Positions 1 to 10,603 of a stretch of DNA of 64,000 nucleotides are shown here, in pieces. The notes beneath the pieces were generated by a model. The model was not told where the DNA came from, did not search any database, and worked only from the letters and a program-made list of their open reading frames with translations. Position 1 is the first letter of the stretch; each line of letters begins with the position of its first letter. This stretch comes from Blautia sp. GTDB lineage: Bacteria > Bacillota > Clostridia > Lachnospirales > Lachnospiraceae. The DNA lies in assembly GCA_047014865.1 (NCBI GenBank), contig JBKXQO010000001.1, positions 4,089 through 68,088 on the forward strand, read 5' to 3'. Made by a program: the position numbers and the translations under genes.

Positions 1-1476
1 AATGGGGGCGTCCTTTAGCATGGCTCTGGCAATGGCAATTCTCTGCCGTTCTCCCCCTGAGAGGTGCGCCCCCTTTCCCCCGGCCATGGTATGGTATCCC
101 CTCTCCAATTGCTGAATGAACCCATCGCATCCTGCCGCCTTAGCCGCAGCCTCCACCTCCTCGTCAGACGCCTGACGGTTTCCCATACGGATATTTTCCA
201 GAATGGACTCGTCAAATAAGTAATTGTCCTGAGAGACAAAGGCCGTCAGATCATAGAGCTGACTCAGCGGAATCTCCCTCACATCGTGTCCACCTATGAG
301 GACCTTCCCCTCCTTCACATCCCAGAATCCAGCGATCAATTTGGCGATCGTGGACTTTCCACTGCCGGATGGTCCCACAAGCGCCGTCATGCTCCCTGCT
401 GGAATGTCCAAATTGACGTGGTGCAAGACTTCTTTGCCCACATGGTAGCCAAAAGACACCTCCTCTAAACGTACGTCCATATTCTCCAGGGCGACCGGAT
501 TTGCCCCGTGTTGTTGCTCCTCGCTGTGTAATATTTCATCCACAGAGTTTACCGTAGTCCCCACCCGGGCCAGACTGTCCACAAAATTCATGGCGGCCAG
601 AAGCGGTCCCGCAATTCCCAGAGACAGAATTATCGTGGTGATAAAGGTCTCCACAGAGAGACTGCCTCCACGGTACAACAGCCACCCCACAGGGAGAACC
701 GTAATCAACGTGGTAGGCGAGACCGCTTTCGACAAGGAGACTGGGAACTGACAGCTCTTCATCCATTGATAAAAATACGCCGCATTGGCCGTGACACGTT
801 CTGAGAATTTTGCGTAGGAATGCTTCCCCTGGTTGAAAGCCTTGATCACCTCGATCCCATTCACATACTCCACAATAGCGGCATTCATAGCCTGTGACGT
901 CTTCACAGACCCCTCATACTGCTCCCCATATCCTCTCATGACCAGCATCATAAAGAACATTCCCACTGGAATGGATACCAGTGACAGAAGCGCCATTCTC
1001 CAATCCAACACCAGCAGGTAGATCAAGATACACACTGGCCCCAACACATTGGCTGTCATCTCCGGCAAGAGATGCGCCAAGGGAGTCTCCATACTCTCAA
1101 CCTGATCCACAATAAGCTGCTTTAGCTTCCCACTGGACATATCCATAACTGTCCCCAGCGAAAGTCTGGGCAATTTTTTCAATAGTCGCTCCCTGATTTC
1201 CTTTAAAATGGTGAAAGTCGCCTGGTGTGAGAGCGACAAGGCCAAGGCATACAGACACTCTCTGAGAATCGCCCCCACGCCTCCGACTGCACACCACATC
1301 AGATAATAATTCCAGTCTTCCCGCCCATTGAGCAGTCCTATAATCACCTTGGCTGCTGAGAAATACGGGAGCATTCCTCCCAGTATCCCCAGACTTGCGC
1401 TGGCAATGGCACAGATCAATCTTCCATGCTCCTGCCGGCCAAGCTCCCACAGGCGAAGTATTGGGCTTTTTTCCAT
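1..1476 (-). CDS. ABC transporter fused permease/ATP-binding protein (3' end runs off the window)
   Basis: Read manually: ATG at 1476 (MEKSPILRLWELG...), hydrophobic N-half. Ends in frame at the window edge with the ABC signature LSGGERQRIAIARAMLKDAPI. Absent from the ORF track because there is no stop in the window. Confidence 0.85.
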   Translation of the reverse strand, partial: MEKSPILRLWELGRQEHGRLICAIASASLGILGGMLPYFSAAKVIIGLLNGREDWNYYLMWCAVGGVGAILRECLYALALSLSHQATFTILKEIRERLLKKLPRLSLGTVMDMSSGKLKQLIVDQVESMETPLAHLLPEMTANVLGPVCILIYLLVLDWRMALLSLVSIPVGMFFMMLVMRGYGEQYEGSVKTSQAMNAAIVEYVNGIEVIKAFNQGKHSYAKFSERVTANAAYFYQWMKSCQFPVSLSKAVSPTTLITVLPVGWLLYRGGSLSVETFITTIILSLGIAGPLLAAMNFVDSLARVGTTVNSVDEILHSEEQQHGANPVALENMDVRLEEVSFGYHVGKEVLHHVNLDIPAGSMTALVGPSGSGKSTIAKLIAGFWDVKEGKVLIGGHDVREIPLSQLYDLTAFVSQDNYLFDESILENIRMGNRQASDEEVEAAAKAAGCDGFIQQLERGYHTMAGGKGAHLSGGERQRIAIARAMLKDAPI

Positions 1477-1496
1477 GTAGCTCACTCCTCTCATTC

Positions 1497-1514
1497 AGTT
1501 AGTATAACCTAACT
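1497..1514. promoter_or_regulatory. Palindromic operator AGTTAG-N6-CTAACT upstream of the ABC gene
   Basis: Perfect 6-bp arms; the same GTTAG-N6-CTAAC motif recurs at 3483-3500. Confidence 0.55.
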
Positions 1515-1618
1515 TTGATTTTATTTTAAAGGACAGAACCCGCATGGTAGTCGCAAGCCCTTGAGGCGGCTCACTCCGCATTCATGCCCTTATCTGTCCT
1601 ATAAAACCCCGCTCTTTC

Positions 1619-2239
1619 TTAATCCGGATAGAAAAACTTCTCAAATCCTGCCGCATGATAGCACTCCAGCATCTGGATATATTTTCTCGCCTTCTCCCGG
1701 TCCATCCGGTGACGGACGATCTCGAATACTCCCTCAAAATACGCCGTCGTGACGATATGGAGAAATTCTTCCGTTATCTCCCTGCTCCCTGTCCCAGGGC
1801 ATCCCACCGCCTCCATATACCGATAGGTATACTCCACCTCAATGGACGTCAGCTCATCGATAAAATGTTCATATCTCGTTCCATGGGAGGCATCCAAAAG
1901 AAGGTAAAACTCATCAAAGTTTTCATAGATATCATCGATCAGATGCTCCATCTCACGGAAACTATACTGGTTCACCTCTTCTCTCTGCCTCTCTGGGTCG
2001 AAACTGTGAAACCGCTCCTGCACTTCCGTGAAACGATCTAGGATCCGGTTCAGCGCAGGGGCCACAATCGCCTCAAAGAGTCCCTCTTTATCTCCAAACC
2101 GGACGTAGATGGAATTGGTGCTGGTCTTGGCTTTGGCTGCAATCGTCCTGAGAGAGGCTTCCGTGTAACCCTTCTCCAGAAATTCCTCTTTTGCACATGT
2201 GAGAATCCGCTCATAGACTCCCTCTATCTGTCTTGCCAT
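1619..2239 (-). CDS. TetR/AcrR family transcriptional regulator
   Basis: N-terminal HTH (AKEEFLEKGYTEASLRTIAAKAKTSTNSIYVRFGDKEGLF); likely start MARQIEG at 2239. Confidence 0.9.
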   Translation of the reverse strand: MARQIEGVYERILTCAKEEFLEKGYTEASLRTIAAKAKTSTNSIYVRFGDKEGLFEAIVAPALNRILDRFTEVQERFHSFDPERQREEVNQYSFREMEHLIDDIYENFDEFYLLLDASHGTRYEHFIDELTSIEVEYTYRYMEAVGCPGTGSREITEEFLHIVTTAYFEGVFEIVRHRMDREKARKYIQMLECYHAAGFEKFFYPD

Positions 2240-2265
2240 AACTGTCCCCCATTCATAACATCGTT

Positions 2266-2282
2266 TCATAACACTGTTATGA
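2266..2282. promoter_or_regulatory. Palindrome TCATAACACTGTTATGA, probable TetR autoregulatory operator
   Basis: Perfect inverted repeat just upstream of the TetR start. Confidence 0.5.
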
Positions 2283-2345
2283 TTTTAGCATGTCTCTCTT
2301 TCTCTGTCAAGTGTCTGCCGCACTTTATCTACTCCACAGGCTATC

Positions 2346-3320
2346 CTATCGATTTTCTAAATTTTTTGACCGTCGATACTCCAAAGGCGACGAGCCAAAC
2401 TGCCTTTTGAACACCGCCGCAAATTTCCCTTGGTTGGAATAGCCCACTTGCTGAGAAATTTCAGCGATTGAATCTTTGGAGTCCGAGAGCAATTTTGCTG
2501 CCGTGTTCATTCGAATCTCTCGCAGATAAGTAGAGATGTTCTGTCCGTATACGCCGCGGAAATAATTCTTCAGACTGGTCTCGCTGACAGAGAAATGTTC
2601 TGCGATTAAACGTACTGGGATGTGCCGGCGAAGATCGCCGGAAAGAATTTTCGCCGTCCTTTTTGCTATCTCCACTTGTGTCTCCGTATAGAAACAGCAA
2701 GCCTTTGAGGAACCGACATTTGCGCTGAGGAGGCAGTGGAGAAGTTCCAGCGTATAGATTTGTAAGTAAAAAAGAGACGGTCTCTCCGAGAGCTGCCAGA
2801 GTTTGCGGAAAATATTTTCTAAGCGGCCGTCTGCTTCGTTGATATAAGTTCTCCGTCTTCCACAGTATTTTTCTTCTAACCGGGCCGGATCCACCGAGAA
2901 GAATTTCATGAGTTGACCGCAAGATTGCGACAGAAGCGCCAAGTCAAAATATATTTTGATCCCTTGATATTGTCCTGTGGGAAAGATGTACTCCTTCTGC
3001 GCTGTCTGGTCACTGATACCAAAATCATTTTCTTTCAGGTAGATGTATGTTCCGTCATCCAAGAGCAATTCACACCTGCCAGAAACACAATAATTGATCA
3101 GCAGTGGATTCCACTCTGAATTTGTGTCAGACTCCGGCCATACAGGAGCGCTCACAAAAATGAAAGCCACTGTCAAACCCGGGAAAAGTGTGTGAAATAC
3201 CATCTGCCCTTCACCGTTCCCCTGATCCAAATGCAGTTCGCTGCTATTTGGGCCTTTTTTCAAGGTCACTCCTGAGACAGAGCGACTGTTCTCCAGAATG
3301 GAATATACCATATCATCCAA
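2346..3320 (-). CDS. AraC family transcriptional regulator
   Basis: C-terminal double HTH (SETSLKNYFRGVYG...ISQQVGYSNQGKFAAVFKRQFGSSPLEYR). Confidence 0.9.
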   Translation of the reverse strand: MDDMVYSILENSRSVSGVTLKKGPNSSELHLDQGNGEGQMVFHTLFPGLTVAFIFVSAPVWPESDTNSEWNPLLINYCVSGRCELLLDDGTYIYLKENDFGISDQTAQKEYIFPTGQYQGIKIYFDLALLSQSCGQLMKFFSVDPARLEEKYCGRRRTYINEADGRLENIFRKLWQLSERPSLFYLQIYTLELLHCLLSANVGSSKACCFYTETQVEIAKRTAKILSGDLRRHIPVRLIAEHFSVSETSLKNYFRGVYGQNISTYLREIRMNTAAKLLSDSKDSIAEISQQVGYSNQGKFAAVFKRQFGSSPLEYRRSKNLENR

Positions 3321-3482
3321 TTATCTCTCCCCTCCCGCCATATAAAGTCGTTTATATTATTATAACGGCGGAGCCTTTCCCGGTCAATGTCTCCCCGGAC
3401 AAAGACAGAACTCCTTGCTATTCGGATCTAAAATGCCGATATGTGCATAGAAGGTTCCACGGATATATGTTACCATCAAGTA

Positions 3483-3500
3483 GGTTAGCAACTTCTAACC
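3483..3500. promoter_or_regulatory. Palindromic operator GGTTAG-N6-CTAACC upstream of the ECF operon
   Basis: Perfect 6-bp arms, matches the 1497-1514 motif. Confidence 0.55.
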
Positions 3501-3532
3501 GTCAGAAAGTAATCATATTAGGAGGTTTTACA

Positions 3533-4111
3533 ATGAACAAATTACAGGGAAAAGATCTAATCAACATCGGCGTCTTTACAGCAATTTATTTTATTGTTAT
3601 CTTCGCCGCGGCGTCAATCGGCTTCATACCGGTTTTCATTCCTCTAATCAGTGTGATCGTACCACTTATCGGCGGCATTCCAATGATGTTGTTCTTCTCT
3701 AAAATCAAAAAATTCGGCATGCTGACCATCTGTGGTCTACTACTGGGTATCATTATGCTGTTGGCTGGCATGGGGTACTGGTGTATTCCCACCGGTCTGA
3801 TCTTCGGTCTGATTTCCGATTTTATGCTGAAAGCTTCCGCCTACAAAAACGCCAAACGCCAAATCCTGATCCACGGCGTCTTCTCCATGTGGGTGATCGG
3901 TGCGTTTATACCCATCGTAGTGACACGGGATGCCTACTATCAGAACCTACTCCCCAGTTATGGGCAGGAATACGCCGACACTCTAATGGCTTATATGCCC
4001 GACTGGATTTTGCCTGTACTTCTGGCAGCCGCCTTTGTCAGTGGGCTTTTGGGCGGTTTGATCGGACAGAAGATCTTCAAAAAACACTTTAAACGGGCAG
4101 GCATCGCGTAA
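3533..4111 (+). CDS. MptD-family putative ECF transporter S component
   Basis: Start MNKLQGKDLINIGVFTAIYF after AGGAGG; ~192 aa hydrophobic; ends KKHFKRAGIA, typical of this family. Confidence 0.85.
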   Translation: MNKLQGKDLINIGVFTAIYFIVIFAAASIGFIPVFIPLISVIVPLIGGIPMMLFFSKIKKFGMLTICGLLLGIIMLLAGMGYWCIPTGLIFGLISDFMLKASAYKNAKRQILIHGVFSMWVIGAFIPIVVTRDAYYQNLLPSYGQEYADTLMAYMPDWILPVLLAAAFVSGLLGGLIGQKIFKKHFKRAGIA

Positions 4112-4848
4112 TGGGCCGTGAACTTCTTGCCAGTCAAAAAAGTAACTGTGGAATACCCCTAGACCCACGGACAAAACTGGCCTTGCTGATTACCATAGCG
4201 GTTTTTATTCTAGGCGGCTCCCACAAGGGCATCCTACAATGTTGCATCGTCCTGTTGGCGGCCATCCCGTTGCTCCTGTTATTGACTGCAAGAAAATGGA
4301 AAAGCGCCCTCCTCTACATAGTAATCTGGGGTGGCAGCCTGTGCCTAGAAATATGGGGATTGCCCCGATTGACTGGCGTAGCAAATTTCATCGCCGTTGC
4401 CATTGTGGGAATCCTGTTGCGATTTACCCCCAGTGTTGTCATGGGATATTTCGTTGTGACGACTACAACCGTCAGCGAATTCGTCGCGGCTATGGAACGC
4501 CTCCATCTACCGCAACAAGTTACCATCCCCATGTCCGTGATGTTTCGCTTTTTCCCCACGGTGGCGGAAGAATGGAGTGCTATCCAAGACGCCATGCGGA
4601 TACGCGGCATCCGCCTAGGCGGCGGTAAAGTAAGCGCAATTTTAGAGTATCGTATCGTACCCATGATGATCTGCTCCGTGAAGATTGGAGAAGAGCTCTC
4701 GGCGGCAGCGCTTACGCGGGGATTGGGCGGTCCGATAAAAAGAACAAACATCTGCAGACTGAGCCTCCAGATACAGGATATCGTTTTTCTGCTGATCTGT
4801 CTCGGCACGTTTGCAGCACAGATCTATATACTGGCCACAAGGGGGTGA
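4111..4848 (+). CDS. ECF transporter T component (CbiQ/EcfT family)
   Basis: LDPRTKL N-terminus, RFFP and TRG coupling motifs. Confidence 0.9.
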   Translation: MGRELLASQKSNCGIPLDPRTKLALLITIAVFILGGSHKGILQCCIVLLAAIPLLLLLTARKWKSALLYIVIWGGSLCLEIWGLPRLTGVANFIAVAIVGILLRFTPSVVMGYFVVTTTTVSEFVAAMERLHLPQQVTIPMSVMFRFFPTVAEEWSAIQDAMRIRGIRLGGGKVSAILEYRIVPMMICSVKIGEELSAAALTRGLGGPIKRTNICRLSLQIQDIVFLLICLGTFAAQIYILATRG

Positions 4849-6350
4849 TGAAAATGATTACGTGTCAGAATGTAAGTTTTTCCTACTCGTCCGACGAATT
4901 ACCCGGCGACAGCAAGACAGCCAAAGGCGTCCTACACAACCTCTCCTGCACCATTGAGAAGGGTTCTTTCGTCCTGCTGTGCGGAGCCTCTGGCTGCGGC
5001 AAAACCACGATGACGCGGCTATTTAACGGCCTTATTCCCCATTATCACGAGGGAACCTTTACCGGATCCGTCTATCTAGACGGAAAAGATACCCGCGAAT
5101 TGTCACTATTTGACCTCTCTCTAACCGTCGGATCCGTGTTTCAAAATCCACGTTCTCAATTCTTTAACGTGGACACCACCAGCGAGCTGGCCTTCGGCCC
5201 GGAAAATCACGGTATGACAGAGGAAGTTATCTGGAGCCGAGTCAACCATGTGGCCGCCCAATTAAAACTTAAACCGCTTCTGGACAAAAGTATTTTTTCT
5301 CTGTCTGGAGGGGAAAAACAGAAAATCGCTTGTGGATCGGCAGCCGCCGTCGACCCTGAGATATACGTACTAGACGAGCCCTCTTCTAATCTGGACGCCC
5401 ACGCTATCGCTGACTTTCGCCGGCTTCTCTCTGCCTTAAAGTCCCAGAAAAAGACCATCATTATCTCTGAACACCGGCTGTACTATCTGTCTGGCCTTTT
5501 TGACCGTGTTTTGTACTTAAAAGACGGAGAAATTCAGGGCGATTACACCGCTGAGGAATTCCAATGTTTGTCTACAAAACAGAGGGCGGAGATGGGACTG
5601 CGTCCCCTCGACCTGACCAGTCTAAAAGATATAGAACAGCCGCCACGGCGAAACGACGGCAGCGTATGGACAGTCAGGGATTTTCACTTTGCCTACAAGC
5701 ATGAACCGGAGATCCTGCACATACCAGAGGCTATCTTTCCATCAGGCAACGTTACGGCTATCATTGGAAATAACGGCGCTGGAAAGTCGACATTCTCCCG
5801 ATGTCTCTGCGGATTGGAAAAACGGTGCGGAGGAACCGTGCAACATCAAGAAAAGACGTATTCCAGAAGAGACCGGCTCAAACTCTGCTACATGGTTATG
5901 CAGGATGTAAACCACCAGCTCTTTACAGAGAGCATTTTAGACGAGATCCTATTGAGCATGAAAACTGAACAGAAGTCAAGAGCAAAAGACATTTTAAGTC
6001 AGATGGATCTGGCGCCATACGAAGATTGCCACCCACTGGGACTATCTGGCGGACAAAAACAACGTGTGGCGGTGGCCTCTGCGGTGGCCTCAGAGCGGCC
6101 GCTCTTACTGTTCGACGAGCCCACCAGCGGCCTGGACCTCTCTCACATGAAACAAGTTGCGAAAATTGTCAACCAAATAGCGAATACCGGAAAAACCATT
6201 GTCCTGGTGACACACGACCCAGAATTCATACTGCGGTGCTGCAATTATGTCCTCCACTTAGAACACGGACAAATCCAGGAAAGCTACTCTATAGAGGACA
6301 GCCAAGGCAGGCGTCGTCTGCTGAGATTTTTCCTGGATGAAATGGAATAG
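4845..6350 (+). CDS. ECF-type ABC ATPase with two nucleotide-binding domains
   Basis: Two Walker A (GASGCGKT, GNNGAGKS) and two LSGG signatures. Confidence 0.9.
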   Translation: MMKMITCQNVSFSYSSDELPGDSKTAKGVLHNLSCTIEKGSFVLLCGASGCGKTTMTRLFNGLIPHYHEGTFTGSVYLDGKDTRELSLFDLSLTVGSVFQNPRSQFFNVDTTSELAFGPENHGMTEEVIWSRVNHVAAQLKLKPLLDKSIFSLSGGEKQKIACGSAAAVDPEIYVLDEPSSNLDAHAIADFRRLLSALKSQKKTIIISEHRLYYLSGLFDRVLYLKDGEIQGDYTAEEFQCLSTKQRAEMGLRPLDLTSLKDIEQPPRRNDGSVWTVRDFHFAYKHEPEILHIPEAIFPSGNVTAIIGNNGAGKSTFSRCLCGLEKRCGGTVQHQEKTYSRRDRLKLCYMVMQDVNHQLFTESILDEILLSMKTEQKSRAKDILSQMDLAPYEDCHPLGLSGGQKQRVAVASAVASERPLLLFDEPTSGLDLSHMKQVAKIVNQIANTGKTIVLVTHDPEFILRCCNYVLHLEHGQIQESYSIEDSQGRRRLLRFFLDEME

Positions 6351-6481
6351 GAGACACCACCTGGAAAGCTTTTGTTTTACAGGAAAACGCCGCGCTTTTC
6401 AACATTACCACCACAATATCTTTCCCAGACAAAGAAGGCACGATCTACTCTTCCAGATCGTGCCTTCTCCCAGGAAAGTTA

Positions 6482-8380
6482 TCACGACAGCTCCAACTTT
6501 CCAGTATACAATTGATAATAAGTTCCCTTTAATTTCAACAGCTCCTCGTGGTCGCCTCTCTCGATGATCCGGCCATGCTCCAATACCATAATAGCGTCGC
6601 TGTTACGGATCGTGGACAGTCTGTGGGCGATGACAAACACCGTCCGCCCCTTCATCAGGTTATCCATCCCCTTCTGTACAATGCTCTCGGTACGGGTATC
6701 GATACTGGAAGTGGCCTCATCCAAGATCAGAACCGGAGGATCCGCCACGGCCGCCCTGGCAATTGCCAAGAGCTGGCGCTGTCCCTGGGACAACTCCTCT
6801 CCGTCTCCACTGAGGTGGGTATCATACCCCTGGGGAAGCATCCGGATAAATTGATCCGCATGGGCCAGTTTCGCCGCCTGGTACACCTGCTCATCCGTTG
6901 CGTCCAATTTTCCGTATCGTATGTTCTCCATGATCGTCCCTGTGAACAGGTGCGTATCCTGGAGTACAATTCCCAGAGAGCGGCGGAGATCTGCCTTCTT
7001 GATCTTATTGATCTTATTGATATTGATGCCGTCATAGCGGATCTTCCCATCCTGGACGTCGTAAAAACGGTTGATCAGGTTGGTAATCGTCGTCTTACCA
7101 GCCCCGGTGGAACCCACGAACGCCAATTTCTGCCCCGGTTTCGCATATAAAGTCAAGTCGTGGAGAACCATGTGATCCTCCGTATAGCCAAAGGTCATGT
7201 CGTAGAAGCGCACATCCCCCTTCAGCTCTGTGTAAGTGACTGTGCCATCCGCCTGATGTGGATGCCTCCAGGCCCACATACCAGTTCTCTCCTTGGTCTC
7301 CACGATCGTACCGTCTGGACTCTTCTTGGCATTTACCAAGGTGACATAGCCCTCATCCACCTCCGGCTCCTCGTCCAGCATCTGGAAGATACGCTCCGCG
7401 CCTGCCAAAGCCATGATGATCGAGTTAAATTGCTGAGCCACCTGCATGAAAGGCTGGGTGAAACTCTTGGTAAACTGCAAGTAGGAGGCCATGACTCCCA
7501 AAGTGATATGTCCGATCCCGGCAATAGACAAAAAGCCACCCAAAATCGCCGTCAACACAAACTGTAAATTTCCTATATTGCCGATGATGGGTCCCATCAT
7601 ACTTGCGAAAGTGTGAGCCCTGGAAGCGCTGACAAACAACTGCTCGTTGAGCACGTCGAACTCTTCCTTGGAGACCCTCTCATGGTTAAATACCTTAATC
7701 ACACGCTGTCCGTTCATACGTTCTTCCACGAATCCTGTGATCTTGGCCAGATCCAGTTGTTGACGGACAAAGTATTTTCCGCTGTTCCCTCCAATCGCCT
7801 TGGATGTCAGAAACATCACCACAATGATCACCACGGCCAAAATAGTCAACACAGGGCTGAGCGCCAACATTGCGATAAAAGTGACCACAATGGTCAGCGA
7901 AGCCATCAACACCTGTGGGATGGACTGGTTAATCATCTGTCTCAGGGTATCGGTATCATTGGTGTAGAGACTCATGACGGATCCATTGGTGTTGTGATCA
8001 AAATACCGGATCGGCAAGGTCTGCATATGTTCAAACATCTCATCCCGGACTCTCTTTAGCACTCCTTGCCCAATGATAACCATCAAGCGTGTGTACAGAA
8101 AGGTGGCTAGAACGCCCAACAGAAAAATTCCTCCCAAGACACACAGCGCCATATACAGTTCCCCGAAATTGGGACTTTTCTGTCCGATCAGTGGAATGAT
8201 AAAATCGTCTAACAGATATTTCAGGGACAAAGACACAGAAATCGTGGCAATGGAACTGATCAAAATACAGATCAGAACGATGATAAACTGTACTTTATAA
8301 GTACTGGTCACATACTTAAGAAGGCGTTTCGCCGTCTTCAATGTATTTTTGTTCAGCGAAGCCTTATCCTGCCTACTCAT
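6482..8380 (-). CDS. ABC exporter fused permease/ATPase (heterodimer subunit 2)
   Basis: TM domain, GSTGAGKT, LSQGQRQ, DEATS. Confidence 0.92.
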   Translation of the reverse strand: MSRQDKASLNKNTLKTAKRLLKYVTSTYKVQFIIVLICILISSIATISVSLSLKYLLDDFIIPLIGQKSPNFGELYMALCVLGGIFLLGVLATFLYTRLMVIIGQGVLKRVRDEMFEHMQTLPIRYFDHNTNGSVMSLYTNDTDTLRQMINQSIPQVLMASLTIVVTFIAMLALSPVLTILAVVIIVVMFLTSKAIGGNSGKYFVRQQLDLAKITGFVEERMNGQRVIKVFNHERVSKEEFDVLNEQLFVSASRAHTFASMMGPIIGNIGNLQFVLTAILGGFLSIAGIGHITLGVMASYLQFTKSFTQPFMQVAQQFNSIIMALAGAERIFQMLDEEPEVDEGYVTLVNAKKSPDGTIVETKERTGMWAWRHPHQADGTVTYTELKGDVRFYDMTFGYTEDHMVLHDLTLYAKPGQKLAFVGSTGAGKTTITNLINRFYDVQDGKIRYDGININKINKIKKADLRRSLGIVLQDTHLFTGTIMENIRYGKLDATDEQVYQAAKLAHADQFIRMLPQGYDTHLSGDGEELSQGQRQLLAIARAAVADPPVLILDEATSSIDTRTESIVQKGMDNLMKGRTVFVIAHRLSTIRNSDAIMVLEHGRIIERGDHEELLKLKGTYYQLYTGKLELS

Positions 8381-10106
8381 TCTCTTCCCCTCCTTTCATC
8401 TGGGATTCATACACTTCCCGGTAGATTTCGTTGGTCTTTAAGAGTTCTTCCGAGGTGCCGATCCCGTTGATCTGCCCATTCTCCATGACGATGATTAGAT
8501 CCGCATCCTCCACAGAGGAGATTCTCTGGGCAATGATGATCTTAGTGGTATCTGGGATCTCCTCCCGGAATGCCTGGCGGATCAAAGCGTCTGTCCGGGT
8601 ATCCACCGCACTGGTGGAGTCATCCAGGATCAAGATCTTGGGTTTCTTTAACAGCGCCCTGGCAATACAGAGCCTCTGCTTTTGCCCGCCGGACACATTG
8701 TTTCCTCCCTCAACAATCATGGTATTGTATTTGGCAGGGAAATCCTGTATGAAACTGTCGGCCTGGGCCAGTCGGCAGACCCTCCGTACCTCTTCGTCGC
8801 TGGCCTTCTCGTCCCCCCACCGGATATTCTCATAGATACTTCCTGTGAACAGCACATTTTTCTGGAGCACCATGGACACCTGATCCCTCAAGGCTTCCAG
8901 ATTATATTTTCTCACATCCACACCGCCTACCTTGACGGTTCCCTTGGTCACATCGTACAGTCTGGGGATCAACTGAACAAGGGTAGACTTGGCGCTCCCC
9001 GTCCCTCCGATGATTCCCACGATCTGCCCACTCTTAATGTGCAAATTGACGTCTTTTAGGGAAAGATTTCCACCCTCCTGTCCATATGCAAAGTCCACAT
9101 GCTCAAATTCAATATCTCCATTTGCCACATTCTGGACGGCATCTTTCTCATCTTTCATCTCTGGAATCTCATCCAGCACTTCCTGGATACGGTCGGTGGA
9201 CGCCTCCGCGATCATGATCATGACAAAGACAAAAGAGACCATCATCAAGGACATCAAAATCTGGATCGCATAGACCATCACACTGGTCAGCTCACCCGTC
9301 TGCATCGTCTGGAATACAATACTCCTGCCGCCAATGAGAACCATCAACAGCACCACCGCATACATGGTGAACTGCATCACCGGCGAGTTCCAGGCCACGA
9401 TCTTCTCAGCCGTTGAGAACAAATTAAACACCTTCGTTGAGATCTTGCCAAACTTCTCATTCTCATGGTCTTCCCGCACATAAGCCTTGACCACCCGGGC
9501 TGCGTTGACATTCTCCTGCACAGTATTGTTCAACACATCATACTCGTCAAACACCTGTATAAAATGTGGGTGCGCCTTCTTGGCAATATAGATCAGAAGG
9601 CCTCCCAGAATCGGGATCGTGATCAACAAGAGCAATGCGATTTCTCTGTTGATGGTCACCGTCATAATCAAAGACAAGACGATCATAATCGGCGCCCTGG
9701 CCAGAAGGCGAATGGAAAACATATATGCCATCTGCACGTTGGTAATATCCGTAGTCAGCCTAGTGACTAGGCTTGAGGTGGAAAAATGGTCAATGTTCCC
9801 AAAAGAGAACTCTTGAATCTTATAAAAAATATCTCGGCGAAGGTTCTTTGCATAACCCGCCGCCCCCACGGCCGCCACCTGTCCAGCCTTCGCGCCAAAG
9901 ACCAGCGCCAATATAGCCATCACAACCAGCGACAGACCTGTTTTGATGATATAACTCATATCTCCTTGGACAATGCCCACATCGATGATCTTCGCCATCT
10001 GAAGCGGAATCAACACTTCCATAAAAACTTCCAGGGCTACCAAAATCGGTGCGAGAATCGATTGTTTCTTATACTCTCGGATCGACCGGAGTAATGTTCT
10101 GTTCAT
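8373..10106 (-). CDS. ABC exporter fused permease/ATPase (heterodimer subunit 1)
   Basis: Likely start MNRTLL; GGTGSAKS, VSGGQKQ, degenerate Walker B DDSTS typical of heterodimeric exporters. Confidence 0.92.
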   Translation of the reverse strand: MNRTLLRSIREYKKQSILAPILVALEVFMEVLIPLQMAKIIDVGIVQGDMSYIIKTGLSLVVMAILALVFGAKAGQVAAVGAAGYAKNLRRDIFYKIQEFSFGNIDHFSTSSLVTRLTTDITNVQMAYMFSIRLLARAPIMIVLSLIMTVTINREIALLLLITIPILGGLLIYIAKKAHPHFIQVFDEYDVLNNTVQENVNAARVVKAYVREDHENEKFGKISTKVFNLFSTAEKIVAWNSPVMQFTMYAVVLLMVLIGGRSIVFQTMQTGELTSVMVYAIQILMSLMMVSFVFVMIMIAEASTDRIQEVLDEIPEMKDEKDAVQNVANGDIEFEHVDFAYGQEGGNLSLKDVNLHIKSGQIVGIIGGTGSAKSTLVQLIPRLYDVTKGTVKVGGVDVRKYNLEALRDQVSMVLQKNVLFTGSIYENIRWGDEKASDEEVRRVCRLAQADSFIQDFPAKYNTMIVEGGNNVSGGQKQRLCIARALLKKPKILILDDSTSAVDTRTDALIRQAFREEIPDTTKIIIAQRISSVEDADLIIVMENGQINGIGTSEELLKTNEIYREVYESQMKGGEENE

Positions 10107-10108
10107 AC

Positions 10109-10603
10109 CTATACCCCCTTCTTTTTTTCTCTTCCTAATAAATTTTTCGACATCTGCCTCAACACTCTGCCGCACACAGCCAGATCCTCCCCAGAGATCC
10201 CTTCTCTCAACTGTGCCTCCATCCTCCGGATATTTTCCAGAATCATCTCCCGGATATCCTGGGCCTTGGCCGTGGGCACAATCCGTTTCAGGCGCGCGTC
10301 AGTCTCTATGGCCTCCCGGCGGATAAACCCATTCTTCTCCAAAAGCTGCAAAGCCCCTGTGGCTGTGGACCTCCGAATCTGAAACTCCCGTTCCACGTCC
10401 CTCTGATAGATCTCCCGGTGTATGGTCCCCAACAGAATATAGTGCAGGATATGTTTCTGCATATTCGTCAAGCCATCCTCCGCCTCAAAAAAGCAAGTCT
10501 GCCGTTTTAGCTGGTGCGAGACAATGTTAATCCATTTTCCCAAATCCTCTTCTGATCTCTCTTCTCTTTCCATGGATCCCTCCGATTGTTCGGTGTCTAA
10601 CAT
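10109..10603 (-). CDS. MarR family transcriptional regulator
   Basis: Winged HTH (QRDVEREFQIRRSTATGALQLLEKNGFI...DARLKRI); start uncertain. Confidence 0.88.
   Translation of the reverse strand: MLDTEQSEGSMEREERSEEDLGKWINIVSHQLKRQTCFFEAEDGLTNMQKHILHYILLGTIHREIYQRDVEREFQIRRSTATGALQLLEKNGFIRREAIETDARLKRIVPTAKAQDIREMILENIRRMEAQLREGISGEDLAVCGRVLRQMSKNLLGREKKKGV

Noticed and set aside
1..1476. Apparent ORF-poor or pseudogene region at the window start
   Set aside because: The start and end of a single minus-strand ABC transporter are in the same frame; it lacks only an in-window stop, and the short track ORFs are shadows.
3188..3532. Long N-terminal extensions in the ORF track (also 31921-32007, 33201-33257, 42585-42704, 44083-44172, 48350-48478)
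   Set aside because: Downstream starts have RBSs and family-typical N-termini; the extensions overlap promoters or neighbouring genes.
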